DNA from: Cladosporium halotolerans
Lineage: Eukaryota
Length of the DNA stretch: 64,000 bases
Assembly (NCBI RefSeq): GCF_011745625.1
Contig: NW_027191476.1
Coordinates: 62,001-126,000, forward strand
Reading direction: 5' to 3'
A program made the position numbers and the translations under genes. The notes below the pieces were generated by a model. That model ran no database searches. It was not told where the DNA came from and saw only the letters and a program-made list of their open reading frames with translations. Below, one piece after another: positions 49,560 through 61,060 of this stretch. The number at the start of each line of letters is the position of its first letter. Within the stretch, counting starts at the first letter, position 1.

Positions 49560-50010
49560 GAGTGTTTCGCCTTGGAGCGATGGAGCTGGACAGTACACGG
49601 CGTGCCGGGTTGGAGATCGCATGGCAGGCTTGAGCATTTTCGGGAGTTTATCATGATTCTTCATTCCTATTTCCTTCTCCCGTAGCAGCATCTGATACCC
49701 GCTTCCTATATTAATGCTAATGATATCACGGCTGACCTCCGTTCAACTTAAACTCCCTATTTCTTGTTTCTTGTAGCTCTCCGACCAAGGGCGGAATTAG
49801 TTCAAGAACTGGCGTCGGCGATCTCCAAGGCGCCGAAACCGCGACGATGTACCCCACTAAAAAGTCTGGAGGGGCCTGAAAGTCGACTCACAGACTCAAA
49901 TTACTGGCGTCACCCATTGGCGCGATCCACCCATTGTTTGTGACTACTGCAGCAGCTCTGCTCTTCTTCGCTGCGACCCATACATCGTTCACCCATACAG
50001 CACCACCAAC

Positions 50011-51279
50011 ATGTCGACCTTCGGCCAATACTTCCGTGTCACAACCTACGGAGAGTCGCACGGCAAGAGTGTCGGCGCCATCGTCGACGGCGTGCCTCCG
50101 GGCCTCAAGCTCACCGAAGATGACATCCAACCTCAGATGACCCGCCGCCGTCCTGGGCAGAGCGCCCTCACAACACCTAGAGATGAGAAGGACAGAGTCG
50201 AGATCCAGTCTGGCACTGAGTTCGGCGTTACCCTGGGCACCCCGATCGGCCTGCGCGTCATGAACCAGGACCAAAGACCCAAGGACTACGGCAGCAGCAC
50301 CATGGACATGTTCCCCCGACCCAGCCACGCGGACTGGACATACCTGGAGAAGTACGGTGTCAAGGCTAGCTCTGGCGGTGGAAGGAGCAGTGCAAGAGAG
50401 ACGATTGGCAGAGTTGCGGCCGGCGCGATCGCCGAGAAGTACCTCACAGTCGCGCACGGCGTGGAGATTGTTGCTTTCACCAACAGCGTCGGTCCCGAGC
50501 ACCTGTTCCCTCCGACCAGGGAGCACCCTACACCGAGCACAAACCCGGAGTTCCTGGACCTCATCGGCAAGATCTCGCGCAACGAGGTGGACGCGAACCT
50601 GCCAATCCGCTGCCCCGATGCCGAGGCAGGCAAGAGAATGGCATCTCTGATCGAGGAGTTCAGGGACAAGAACGACAGCATCGGCGGCACCGTGACCTGC
50701 GTAATCCGCAACTGCCCCTCAGGCCTCGGTGAGCCGTGCTTCGACAAGCTCGAGGCGACCCTCGCGCACGCCATGCTCTCCATCCCGGCCACGAAGGGCT
50801 TCGAGATCGGCTCCGGCTTCGGCGGCTGCAGCGTGCCTGGCTCCATCCACAACGACCCCTTCATCAAGGCGCCCTCGACGACCGACCCTCTGCGCCCCGG
50901 CGTGACGCGCCCGCGCCTGACGACCAAGACCAACAACTCCGGCGGCATCCAGGGCGGCATCACGAACGGCGCGCCGATCTACTTCACCGTCGCCTTCAAG
51001 CCCGCCGCGACGATCGGCCAGGCGCAGCAGACCGCGACCTACGACGAGGCAAACGGCGTGCTCGAGGCCAAGGGCCGCCACGACCCCTGCGTCATCCCTC
51101 GCGCCGTTCCCATTGTCGAGAGCATGGCCGCGCTGGTCATCATGGACGCTGTTCTGGCACAGAGCGCGCGTCAGGCCGCCAGGACTCTCCTGCCGCCTAT
51201 CCAGGACGTGACTATTCCTGTCAGCATGACGCACAACAACCTGACGACTTCGAGCGAGAAGCCTGAGGAGAAGGCTTGA
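50011..51279 (+). CDS. ARO2: Chorismate synthase
   Basis: [40 protein letters not shown] and [16 protein letters not shown]. Confidence 0.97.
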   Translation: MSTFGQYFRVTTYGESHGKSVGAIVDGVPPGLKLTEDDIQPQMTRRRPGQSALTTPRDEKDRVEIQSGTEFGVTLGTPIGLRVMNQDQRPKDYGSSTMDMFPRPSHADWTYLEKYGVKASSGGGRSSARETIGRVAAGAIAEKYLTVAHGVEIVAFTNSVGPEHLFPPTREHPTPSTNPEFLDLIGKISRNEVDANLPIRCPDAEAGKRMASLIEEFRDKNDSIGGTVTCVIRNCPSGLGEPCFDKLEATLAHAMLSIPATKGFEIGSGFGGCSVPGSIHNDPFIKAPSTTDPLRPGVTRPRLTTKTNNSGGIQGGITNGAPIYFTVAFKPAATIGQAQQTATYDEANGVLEAKGRHDPCVIPRAVPIVESMAALVIMDAVLAQSARQAARTLLPPIQDVTIPVSMTHNNLTTSSEKPEEKA

Positions 51280-52068
51280 GTTTGCGAGCTATGACGATGG
51301 TTATGTTTCTAGGATACATGCATATACGCATTGACGAGCAGGTGTCATGTCGCGTGGCATAGCTGTGGCGTTTGGTCGCGGATGGGAAAATTGCGGCGTT
51401 GCCTGATTACAAAAGTAGACACATGTGAGACTCTTGAGTCTCGAAGCGGACAAAAAAATTGATACCACTATTTCCACAGACCGAAAAGAGATTCCGTCAG
51501 CCTCACCTCGCGATGTCGTTCACGCCACGATCCAGGCATGTCTCTGCTTTTCGGACGGCTGTCTGCAGGCGTTCCTTTTCTGCCAATCTGACTTCAAAGG
51601 AGAAGGTAAAACAGGAGCGGTCCGCCATGTGTGCATTATTCTGAGGCAGGACCTGGCTTTAATGAACCCATGGCATCATGGGTAACATGAGGATGATGTC
51701 GTGCCTTTTCGCCACAGATATGCGAGTAGCCGGACTGTCTCGTCCTAAATAGCTCGAACCTCTGCGTCTTGCGTGAGAGATTGGTCAACAGTCAGCAGGT
51801 ACGGCAGCGCCTCACCCAGCAATGCCCGCCGAAAACCTCAACCCCGTCTCACTTCACAAACACATCACTTCTCTCAGCTCCCTACTTAATCCCCTCCCAC
51901 ACCCTCCTTCATCTCCCTTCCTTTCTCTCCAGGCCGGTCCTCATACTTCAATTCGACTTTCACACCAACGAAAAAAAAAAAGCATTCCTTGCAATCTCTT
52001 GTTCCATTTGTCACCTTTTACTTCACCACCCCTGACCAATCAAACGAACCAAAGAAAATCAAACCACC

Positions 52069-52686
52069 ATGCCTTTCAGCGCTCCCATCCACTCCGACAC
52101 CACAGTCCCGAGCCCCAACAACACCCCCGGCCTACACCAAGGCAACCCGCGCCCACCGCCAAAGCGCATGCTCCGCTTGACGCCTACCCGTCAGACTCCT
52201 CCACAGGCACACGCCGTTCCAACCCCAGAGGATCTGCCCTCTCCGCAACTCGGCTCCCCTAACGACGCTAATGCCACGGTCCAACAGCAATTGCTGACGC
52301 CGGGCTCAAACGGCTCGTCGAGCCACGGAATGACGACTAGGTCTGCTACATCCGCTGCCCTGGAGCGTGGTGCTCCGCTGGACAGCAACTCTCCAACCAC
52401 GCCTTCTGCCACGCCATCGTCAAGCAACAGCAGCGGTGCTGGTCCGAAGCGCTGCAGATCAGACACTGAATCCGACGAGAAGATTCACGAGACCAGATCC
52501 GTTGCTAAGCGTAGGAAGGGTGCTGAGAGCTCGAGCCACAGCGCGCCGCTGAGTGAGCAGTCTGTTGCTGCTGCTGCTTCGGGGAGTGTCGGGCATGGCG
52601 ATGGTCTTACTGTGCCGCTGCCGGTGCTACAGCGGACTCGTGGTGCTCAGAGGGAGTTTGAAGAGGGATTGAGGAATGCGGAGTGA
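52069..52686 (+). CDS. Hypothetical low-complexity Pro/Ser-rich protein with possible NLS (205 aa)
   Basis: CCACCATG start context after a pyrimidine-rich leader; PKRCR..AKRRK; G/T-rich 3' flank. Confidence 0.55.
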   Translation: MPFSAPIHSDTTVPSPNNTPGLHQGNPRPPPKRMLRLTPTRQTPPQAHAVPTPEDLPSPQLGSPNDANATVQQQLLTPGSNGSSSHGMTTRSATSAALERGAPLDSNSPTTPSATPSSSNSSGAGPKRCRSDTESDEKIHETRSVAKRRKGAESSSHSAPLSEQSVAAAASGSVGHGDGLTVPLPVLQRTRGAQREFEEGLRNAE

Positions 52687-53188
52687 TGGGTGCGGGATGA
52701 ATGTCTGTTGTCCGTGCTGTTTTGGCTGGTTGCGGGTTCAGATGTGGGTTGTCATAGCTTTGGCGGTTTTGGGAGGTGTTTTGCTGTTTGTATTTGCTTG
52801 GATAGTCGTGCGATCGATGAGAAAAGGAGTTAGAAGCCCCATCAGTACATAGTGTTTAATAGGAGCTGGTCTCTGGAAATTGCTTTCGTCTCTCAGACTT
52901 ATGAGGATACGCTGATAGTGTTGATAGTGTAGTGAGTCTGAATGATGACTGCTGGGTTCGATTGCAATGTTCTGTGCGCATTGAGTGTGACCTGTGTTGG
53001 CCTTTCATCTCCCCAATGCTGGCATCGCATTTTGGGTCTTTCTAGAACGAACAACAACACACAGGGCTTCCAAATACATATGAGTAATACCTGAATAATC
53101 TTTGTCGTTCACTTCTTGAGAAGATGCAGATTCCGAGGCCGGGCTAGATCGTCGGAGGCAAGGTCACAGGTCCTATGGTGCAGTCGCT

Positions 53189-53208
53189 TACCCCAACCCT
53201 AACCCTAA
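53189..53208. repeat. Interstitial telomere-like motif TACCCCAACCCTAACCCTAA
   Basis: CCCTAA repeats; 19 nt identical to the reverse complement of 5741-5759. Confidence 0.7.
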
Positions 53209-54846
53209 GATGGTCAGTCTCTGCTGTATTATAGCCTGCTGAGCCGGTATTATGTTGAGCGGCACAAAGAAGGGTCTGCGATCAACATGTGAGAAAGCAA
53301 GAAGCCTTGTAGTTCGAACAAGAATCGCCCTTGTACGGTGTGGCGTCAGGCGGGCCAATCCGTTAAGATATATTTGCTCGTGTATACATCAGGCCATTGA
53401 TGGATTGCCTCGTTTCAATCGCCTGCAAGGTTGAAGCTATTGATCGAAAAAGCCCCCGGGATGTTGAGATCCGCCTGGCAGACCTGCGGCTCGCTTCTGG
53501 GTGGTTGGGCGCACGTTTGCAGATTTCGGACTGAACTCCATCTGGGCCGTCACGGACGAAGAAGTGGCTGGCGAGCCGGGAGTCGCGCACTCCGGAAATA
53601 GCTCAATCAATGCCAGACATGCAGACTCATATTCTAGCGTACCGCTAACATCACAAACGTGACAAAATAACGACGGCTCATCGAAACGACATGACTGGTG
53701 GCCGCGTGGTTGTCGAGGTGAAGTCGAAGGACAGGGCCAAGGCAGAGCTCGGCGGAGGTTGGTGAGGCTTGGTGCTCTCGCTTCGTCCGCGGGCTTGACA
53801 GCACGGCGGATCGCCGTGTGCCGCAGCTGCATACCATACCACTCTTTCGTGCATGTCCTCTATGCATCCCGGTGTGAGACACTGTCTTGCCTGCAAGGCT
53901 GCGCTAACTCCAAGATTTTTTTTCCAAGGGTATGGGCGATCTCTCGGCAGCAGCAGCCGTCAGCCATCGTCCGCCGGAGCGTTGAGGCCTTGCTCGACGG
54001 TACAGACCACTAGCGACTTTGATCTTGACAGCCTCACAACAGCGTTGCCCCGTCGATGATGTGGCTATTCAGTAACAAACTCCATATAACGGAAACTCTC
54101 GGACCGAAATCCAATGTAGAGGTGCTTTGACTGGATAATCGAACGCGGTCCATCAGAATCGACAGGCATGTCCATCGCCACCGCTAGCTTGCAAGCATGC
54201 CGTGGCAACTTGTTTCAAAAACAAAGAGGTTGACAGGGCAAGGTTAACGCCAATGGCTGGTTGCAAGTTGGATCTATGCCGATCGTCTCCACTCTATCGC
54301 GTCTTATCGTCCGAAGCAGATGTCTTGACGTCCACTGCACGCGAATTGTGGGCCTCGGCGGGCTTCATCCCGTCGCTCACCTTGGAACGCCTAGTCACTG
54401 TGACCTTCTTTACATCAACGAAACGGCTCTACTTGCCGGCGTTGGCTTTACCGGCTTAAGAAACCGATGCTAATGGCTAGCCGAGTGGCCTTGGAGCCCG
54501 CGGAGGGCCATGATCCTCGTCCAAGCTAGGTTGGCGTCTCTGGCATGCAGACGGGGAGTCGGACGAGCGGCGTGACACTGGTAGAGGGAGCGGCAGAGTG
54601 TTGGCTCGCATATGCAAGGGCACCGGGATGCTGTCCTTTCACGCGTCACTACGCAGAGAGTTTGCACTGCTTCCGTCCAGGGCTGTCAATCGTGGATAGA
54701 GCTAGGCTGATAGTGCAAAAGGCCCGAGGAATGAATCGTTGCAGCGATGGCACTTCAAATAGTAGAGCGCCGCCTTTCCACCTGGCGATCTTCGGTACGC
54801 GCTTTTTGCAGCTCATACAGTCGCTACTGCACTGCCCTTGTCGACA

Positions 54847-56801
54847 ATGGTCTCCCCGATCTTGTCCGTTGCCTCTTTGGCTACACTCGCTATGGCACAG
54901 GACGTTCCTTGGTCCGGCTTCGATAAGTGGTCGCACAACTCATACTCATCGCTGGGTTCAAAGCAAGCAGACCATTTGCCATGGTTCATGAAAAACAATG
55001 TGCGTTCACAGACACCTGATACGGGAAAGGAGCTATCCTAACGCTTTACAGCCACTACCTGCCGGCAAACCTTGGGGCTTGAGGAACGCGGACACAAACT
55101 ACTACACTGACTACCCTATCACCGGCGTGGTCCGTAGCTACGACTGGGAAGTCAGCAAGCAGTCTTGTGCTCCAGATGGTGTCAATACGACGTGTCTACT
55201 CGTGAATGGACAATACCCTGGCCCAGCGATCGAGGCAAACTGGGGTGATACGATTCAGGTCAAGCTGACCAACAACATTGCGGACGAAGGAACTGGCATT
55301 CATTGGCACGGCATCTTGCAAAAAGGCAGCCAGCCCTACGATGGCGTTCCTGGCGTTTCGATCTGCCCAATCGCCCCAGGGGAGAGCTTCACCTACTCTT
55401 TCCCTGCAGAACTGTACGGCTCATCGTACTGGCACAGCCACTATAGCTCTCAGTTCGCGAGCGGCCTCAACGGTCCGATGATCATCTACGGTCCCAACTC
55501 GAGCTCTTACGACATTGACCTTGGCCCTGCTCAGCTGACTGATTGGTACCACGAATACTATGAGGACCTGCTTGGGAACCTCGCCAAGCCTCTGTCCGAG
55601 AACCCGCAGTACCCATACTCCAAGAACATTCTCATCAACGGGAAGAACCCCTACGACTGCGACTATGCCGACGGTAGGGACTGCGAGCAGGCTCCCATTG
55701 CGAGGTTCAACCTCACCTCTGGCAAAACCCACCGTCTGCGTTTGATCAACACCTCGGCCGAGTCGCTGCTCAAGGTGTCTCTCGATGGCCATAAGCTGAA
55801 AGTCATGGCCAACGATTACGTCGAAATCCAGCCCTATGAAACCGACGTTGTCACTCTCGGTGTCGGCCAGCGTACCGATGTCCTCATCGAGGGCAAGACT
55901 TCTAGCACACAAGGTGCGTACTGGCTCCGCGCCGTCGCTCCTCATGACTGCGCGGCCAATGACGGCCAGAACGTCGGTAAAGCAGCCATCTATTACGAAG
56001 ACGCCGACGACAGCCAGCTGCCCTTCTCTTCGCCTAACGACGGCTATGATAATTCTGACTGCTTCAACGACCCGCTGGAAAAGACTGTCCCCGTCATGGC
56101 TCTCGACCCCGGTGAGCCGGGCGAGTCCGTCGACGTCAGCATGGAAGGCCACAGCAATGGCACTCACGGCAAGTGGTGGATGAACAACGTCACCGCCACC
56201 GTCGACTACTCCGATCCGATCCTGCTGCGCGCAAAGATGGGTTACACCGACTTCCCGACCCAGCGCAACGTCTACCAGTACGACAGCAGTGTTGACTCTG
56301 TCCGCTTCATCATCAAGAACAACAATGGCAACTCTCATCCGGTAAGTTGTGATCGAGGGCTTTACAATAAATAGTGAATCAATGGAAACTGACCGACCCC
56401 GCCAGATGCATCTCCACGGTCACAACATCTTCGTGCTCGCCGAAGGCGAAGGCGACTGGGACGGCACGATCATCAACCCGAGCAACCCGCAGCGCCGCGA
56501 CGTACAGCTCGTCCGCGCGAACGGTTTCCTCGTAATCCAATGGTTCCAAGACAACCCCGGCGCCTGGCCCGTAAGTTGTTCCACGACCTTCGCCCCGACT
56601 GAACGTAAAGCTAACCAAGAGATCTAGTTCCACTGCCACATCGCCTGGCACCTGAGCCTGGGAATGATCATTGAGATTCTCGAGAGCCCCGAATTGATCC
56701 ACAAGGACGTCAAGGTGCCCAGCACCGTCAGCCAAACATGCAGAGACTGGTGGGCGTTCAACGAGCACACGCCGATCGACGCGCTGGACTCCGGAATCTA
56801 A
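54847..56801 (+). CDS. Secreted laccase-like multicopper oxidase (AA1); introns 55000-55051, 56342-56405, 56571-56627
   Basis: Signal peptide; copper motifs HWHG, WHSH, HP|MHLHGH and WP|FHCHIAWH; C-terminal DSGI* typical of ascomycete laccases. Confidence 0.93.
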
Positions 56802-56874
56802 GGTGTTTGTCGCAAGAGAGAAGAGCGAGGATGTTCGTTTCGAGGTGCAGGTGGATCTGCGGTTGCGCCTCCCC

Positions 56875-57043
56875 CGGGTAAAGCCCTAGACGCCACGCCG
56901 AGGGTTGCGGCTAAAACAGCCGGCCTGCTGGGGAAAAAGCTTCGAGGTCCTGCGTCACCAGGATGCAGCTGTTTCGGCGGCGCTAGGCGTTCATGATTAT
57001 AGTGAGGCGTTTGGCCTTTTGGGATACTGGACGTGCTTAGCCG
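56875..57043. promoter_or_regulatory. Cluster of XlnR/AraR-type sites upstream of GH93 (CGGGTAAA 56875, CGGCTAAA 56908, TTAGCCG 57037)
   Basis: Matches to CGGNTAAW or GGCTAR. Confidence 0.5.
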
Positions 57044-57332
57044 GCGGAGTTCGTTGCGGCATGGTGGGGAAGAGGGGTTGCGTCTGCACGAGAGAGCGAC
57101 CACCTTCCAGTGTCGACACGGCAACCCGGTTGATTGAATAATGATTGATGAGAGGGGTCGGTAATGTAATAATGAATCAGGCTGAAAAGAACGGGAGCAC
57201 TAGGTAGTAATGCATTAGCGTAGCGATCAAGACTTGTATAAAGATCAATTGAAGTTATCCTGGGAGAGCGTCGTCTTGGCCAGTCTCAATTAGAGCACAT
57301 CGAACCAGCTTACTGGCAGCAAGTAAGCAACA

Positions 57333-58567
57333 ATGCTTGTCTCCTTTATCGCGACCGCGCTCCTCGCGCAGGTGTCGGTTGCTTTCCCACACCCTCACGA
57401 CAACAAGCCAAGACCATGGGGCTTCTTCACCAACAACACGATCTACCAGACGACCGGCTCCGAAAGCATCACCTACCCACGCTACACCGAACTGCAAGAC
57501 GGCACCATCATCGCCACCTCCTCGCTCTCCGGCCACAGCCCGAACTACTTCCCCGTCTTCGAGAGCAAAGACGGCGGCGCCAACTGGAAGTACATCTCGA
57601 ACCTGACGGACCAGGTCAATGGCTGGGGCTTCAGCGCGCAGCCTGCTCTGACGGAACTGACGAAGCCGCTGGGTGGCTTTCCCGCTGGCACGATCCTAGG
57701 CTCGGGCAACAGCTGGAGCAACAACGGCACGAGAATCGATCTGTACGCCAGCACCGACAGGGCGAGAAGCTGGAAGTTCGTCAGCCATATCGCTGAGGGC
57801 GGACGGCCCAACACTACCAACGGCGCGGATCCGATCTGGGAGCCATATCTCCTGTAAGTCGCCATCGTGTTACAAGCATCCTAGTGAAGCAAGCAATGCG
57901 AGTGAAGTGTCGCTGACGAGGGCTCCGCAGGCAATACGAGGGCCAATTGGTCGCTTACTACTCCGACCAGCGAGACCCGAAGCACGGACAAAAGCTCGCG
58001 CATCAGACTTCACGCGACCTCCGTCACTGGGGACCTGTCGTGAACGACGTTGCGTACGACCTGTACGAGGCCCGCCCGGGCATGACTGTCATCGACTACA
58101 TCAAGCCGATCAAGAAGTGGATTCTCGTCCACGAGCTGCCCATCGGCAACTCCTCGAGCTATGGAGTAAATTACCCCGTGTATTACGTGATGGCAGACAG
58201 TCCGCTCGATTTCCGCAAAAGCGAGGGAAGACCGATTGTGATCAATGGAGTCGCGCCGAACGCGTCGCCGTACGTTGTGTGGAGCCCTGTTGGTGGGCCG
58301 CTGGGGACCATTGTGGTGTCCGACGCCGACAAGCGCTCCGTTTTCACGAACAGGGCTGGAGGTGATCCGGACAAGTGGGAGGAGCACGCGACGCCGGCGG
58401 GAGCAGTGTACAGTCGTGCGATCCAGATCTTCAAGAAGAGGCCTGACCACCTGATGATTTACGGTGGTGAGACGTTTGATGGCAGGGCGCTTGGCCTGCA
58501 CACGCCCTTCTCGGCGACGGTGGTGGATCTCAAGAAGGTTTTGAAGGCTGATGCCACCGAATGGTAG
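57333..58567 (+). CDS. Secreted glycoside hydrolase family 93 (exo-arabinanase-like, BNR/Asp-box); intron 57854-57930
   Basis: Signal peptide; YPRYTEL, Asp-boxes FESKDGGANW and YASTDRARSW, IWEPYL, YYSDQRDP, HGQKLAHQTS and RPGM. Confidence 0.88.
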
Positions 58568-59121
58568 ACGTGTGATGGAAGTGCATCTTATTATTAGCTT
58601 GGTAGCACGAGGCAGTCAGCGCAGGTGATGTATATGAATTTGAAATAGCACGGCGTCATAATGAAACGCGGTCCAGATGGGCAGTGCCACGCCTCCAATG
58701 CTCGGCGCTGCGTGGCAACCCCGCTGAACCAGCGCGCCTGCTGCCACAGCATGCACGGCTGCTCCTCCCGACGGCGACGCACAACGCCAGGCCCAGCCCT
58801 ACAGCGCAGCGGATGCATACTCCCAGACGCAGAACGAGGCCGGCGAGGCGGTGATGCCGGAAGAACGCATCGGCCTACGCAGCGGCAGCACGAGAATGTC
58901 GCCATAAACCTGCAGCAGCCGCGCTCTTCCCCTCCAGAACCGCCCCGAGGCTAGGACTTCGCGCCTTGGCGACCACGACATCCTCGCGCAAGGGCCGCGA
59001 GTTTGCCCGAACCATTCGGGTGGCAGACTTCACTGCTGTATACAAAGTACATTTGCTTGCCCCCCAGGGCGCTGACTCCTCTGCTACCGGGGACCGCGCG
59101 GGACAAGCTGATCTCGATACC

Positions 59122-60324
59122 ATGTTTCGCCGACAAGACGACGGCGTGGCCTGCCACTCCGGCCGCGCCTACGACCCCTCTGAGTACCACCTGGGGCTGC
59201 ACGTGGCGTCACTGTTCGTCGTCCTCGCCGTGTCTTCGCTAGCATGTGCCTTTCCTCTGCTGGTGCTGAGGTTCCCTCGCCTGCGGATCCCTTCAAGCGT
59301 ACTCTTCACCGTCCGTCACTTCGGTACTGGTGTCCTGCTCGCCACCGCTTTCGTGCACCTGCTGCCCACCGCGTTCATCTCCCTGGGAGACCCCTGCTTG
59401 TCAGGCTTCTGGACGGATGACTACCCTGCCATGCCCGGAGCCATTGCACTGGCGGCTATCTTCCTCATTGCCGGAATCGAGATGACATTCAGCCCGGAAA
59501 AGCGATGCTGTGCTGCGCCCATTGGCTCTAGCGGCATTACCACGAACAATGCCCGCGGAGAGGGCGATGAGGAGCAGCGTAGCGGCAGCGTTGCTCGACA
59601 GTTGAGCGACACTCCTACCATTACTCGACCCCAGCAAGGCCGCAACGAAAGCCACGAGCACTCTGACGAGGAGTTCGATGACTTCAAGATCAAGCTTTCC
59701 GCGGAGCAAGAGTACCACAAAGCGTTCTTGCAGGTCGTGCTGCTTGAGTGTGGTATCCTGTTCCACAGTGTTTTCATTGGCATGAACCTGAGTGTGTCGG
59801 CCGGAAGCGAATTCATTATCCTGTGGATTGCGATTGTGTTTCATCGTAAGTCGGCCTGGCCCAATGTCGTGTGGCAAATAAAGTCTCCAGTGCTGACAAA
59901 ATGGCTTGTAGAACTGTTCGAAGGCCTTGCTCTTGGAGCCCGCATTGCTGCGCTGAAGTGGCCCCCCAATGCTGTCAAGCCGTGGGTAATGTGCTTAGCG
60001 TACGGCTGCACGTAAGTTCCGCAGTCCTCTCGTAAAGGCAGAATTCCTCGCTAACGCCATTCCAGAACTCCCATCGGACAAGCGATTGGTCTCGGTCTGC
60101 ACTCTTCGTACAGTCCAGACTCCGAGGCAGGGCTGCTGTTGGTTGGCATCATGAACGCCATCTCCGCGGGCTTGCTGATCTACGCTTCGTTGACCGAACT
60201 GTTGGTGGAAGATTTCTTGAGTGACAGGAGTTGGAGGACTCTGCGTGGCCTCCGGCGTGTCGGAGCTTGCTCGTGGGTAGTCCTGGGAGCTATCGGGATG
60301 AGCCTCATCGGTGCATGGGCATAG
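59122..60324 (+). CDS. ZIP-family zinc/iron permease (Zrt-like); introns 59846-59911, 60012-60065
   Basis: RHFGTGVLLATAFVHLLP, LECGILFHSVFIG, FH|QLFEGLALG, TPIGQAIG, NAISAGLLIY and terminal GAWA*. Confidence 0.92.
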
Positions 60325-60869
60325 AGGTAGATCGAAGATGCGATGCTCATGAATCTATGATAGCCAAGAAATATAATCGTAATCCTCGGTATGACTAGTC
60401 GCACTCTGACACTGCGCTGCCGTGCCGAATGTGAGGTTTGCGTCAATTATCATCTTGGCAATATGAAGGCCCGTTCGTCTTGTGCGCAAGGCTTTTGACC
60501 ACACCTAGCTACTTTACCCAGGACAGATGCCCATATGGTAGTGACATGGCAAGGTCCTCGCAGGAGCCCACAGCAGCCTTCTACAAAAGTTCATCTTCGA
60601 CGACTCGTCTTCAAGAAAACGACATGCGGCTCGATCTGTGTCCATGTCGATGTTGATAGCCAGACGATCGAGCCAAGAAGTTCTGTCCCGTCTGCTCAGC
60701 GGCACAAATTGGAGCTCGGACTCCGCACGCTCTCCTCCTCTGCGGGGTTGACAACCCACGACTCCACTTCCCGACTCCAAACAATTAACCTGCGTGTAAC
60801 AGACGCGAGCTAGTTCGTTCTTCCGCCTATAGCTGTACGATTCGGGATTATACCATGTAAATCGTTGCT

Positions 60870-60878
60870 TTTACCCGG
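60870..60878 (-). promoter_or_regulatory. XlnR/AraR-type site (CCGGGTAAA) upstream of GH43
   Basis: TTTACCCGG on the + strand, ~185 bp before the ATG; same 9-mer as 56874-56882. Confidence 0.45.
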
Positions 60879-61060
60879 CTTGGGATCGACAGACCGACAG
60901 GTAGGCTGCAAGCGAATATCAGCATCATTTAGCTGAGGCACAATGACAGCATCAATCGAGACTGGATGAAGTCTGTTAAGATGGATACATATACGATGGT
61001 CGTGTCTCCTCCACGGGAGGACGACAGGATCACAGTCAAACTCCCTGATCCTTCACCACG

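Noticed and set aside
49885..49898. GACTCA half-sites upstream of ARO2 as CpcA elements
   Set aside because: They lack the leading T of TGACTC; too weak to call.
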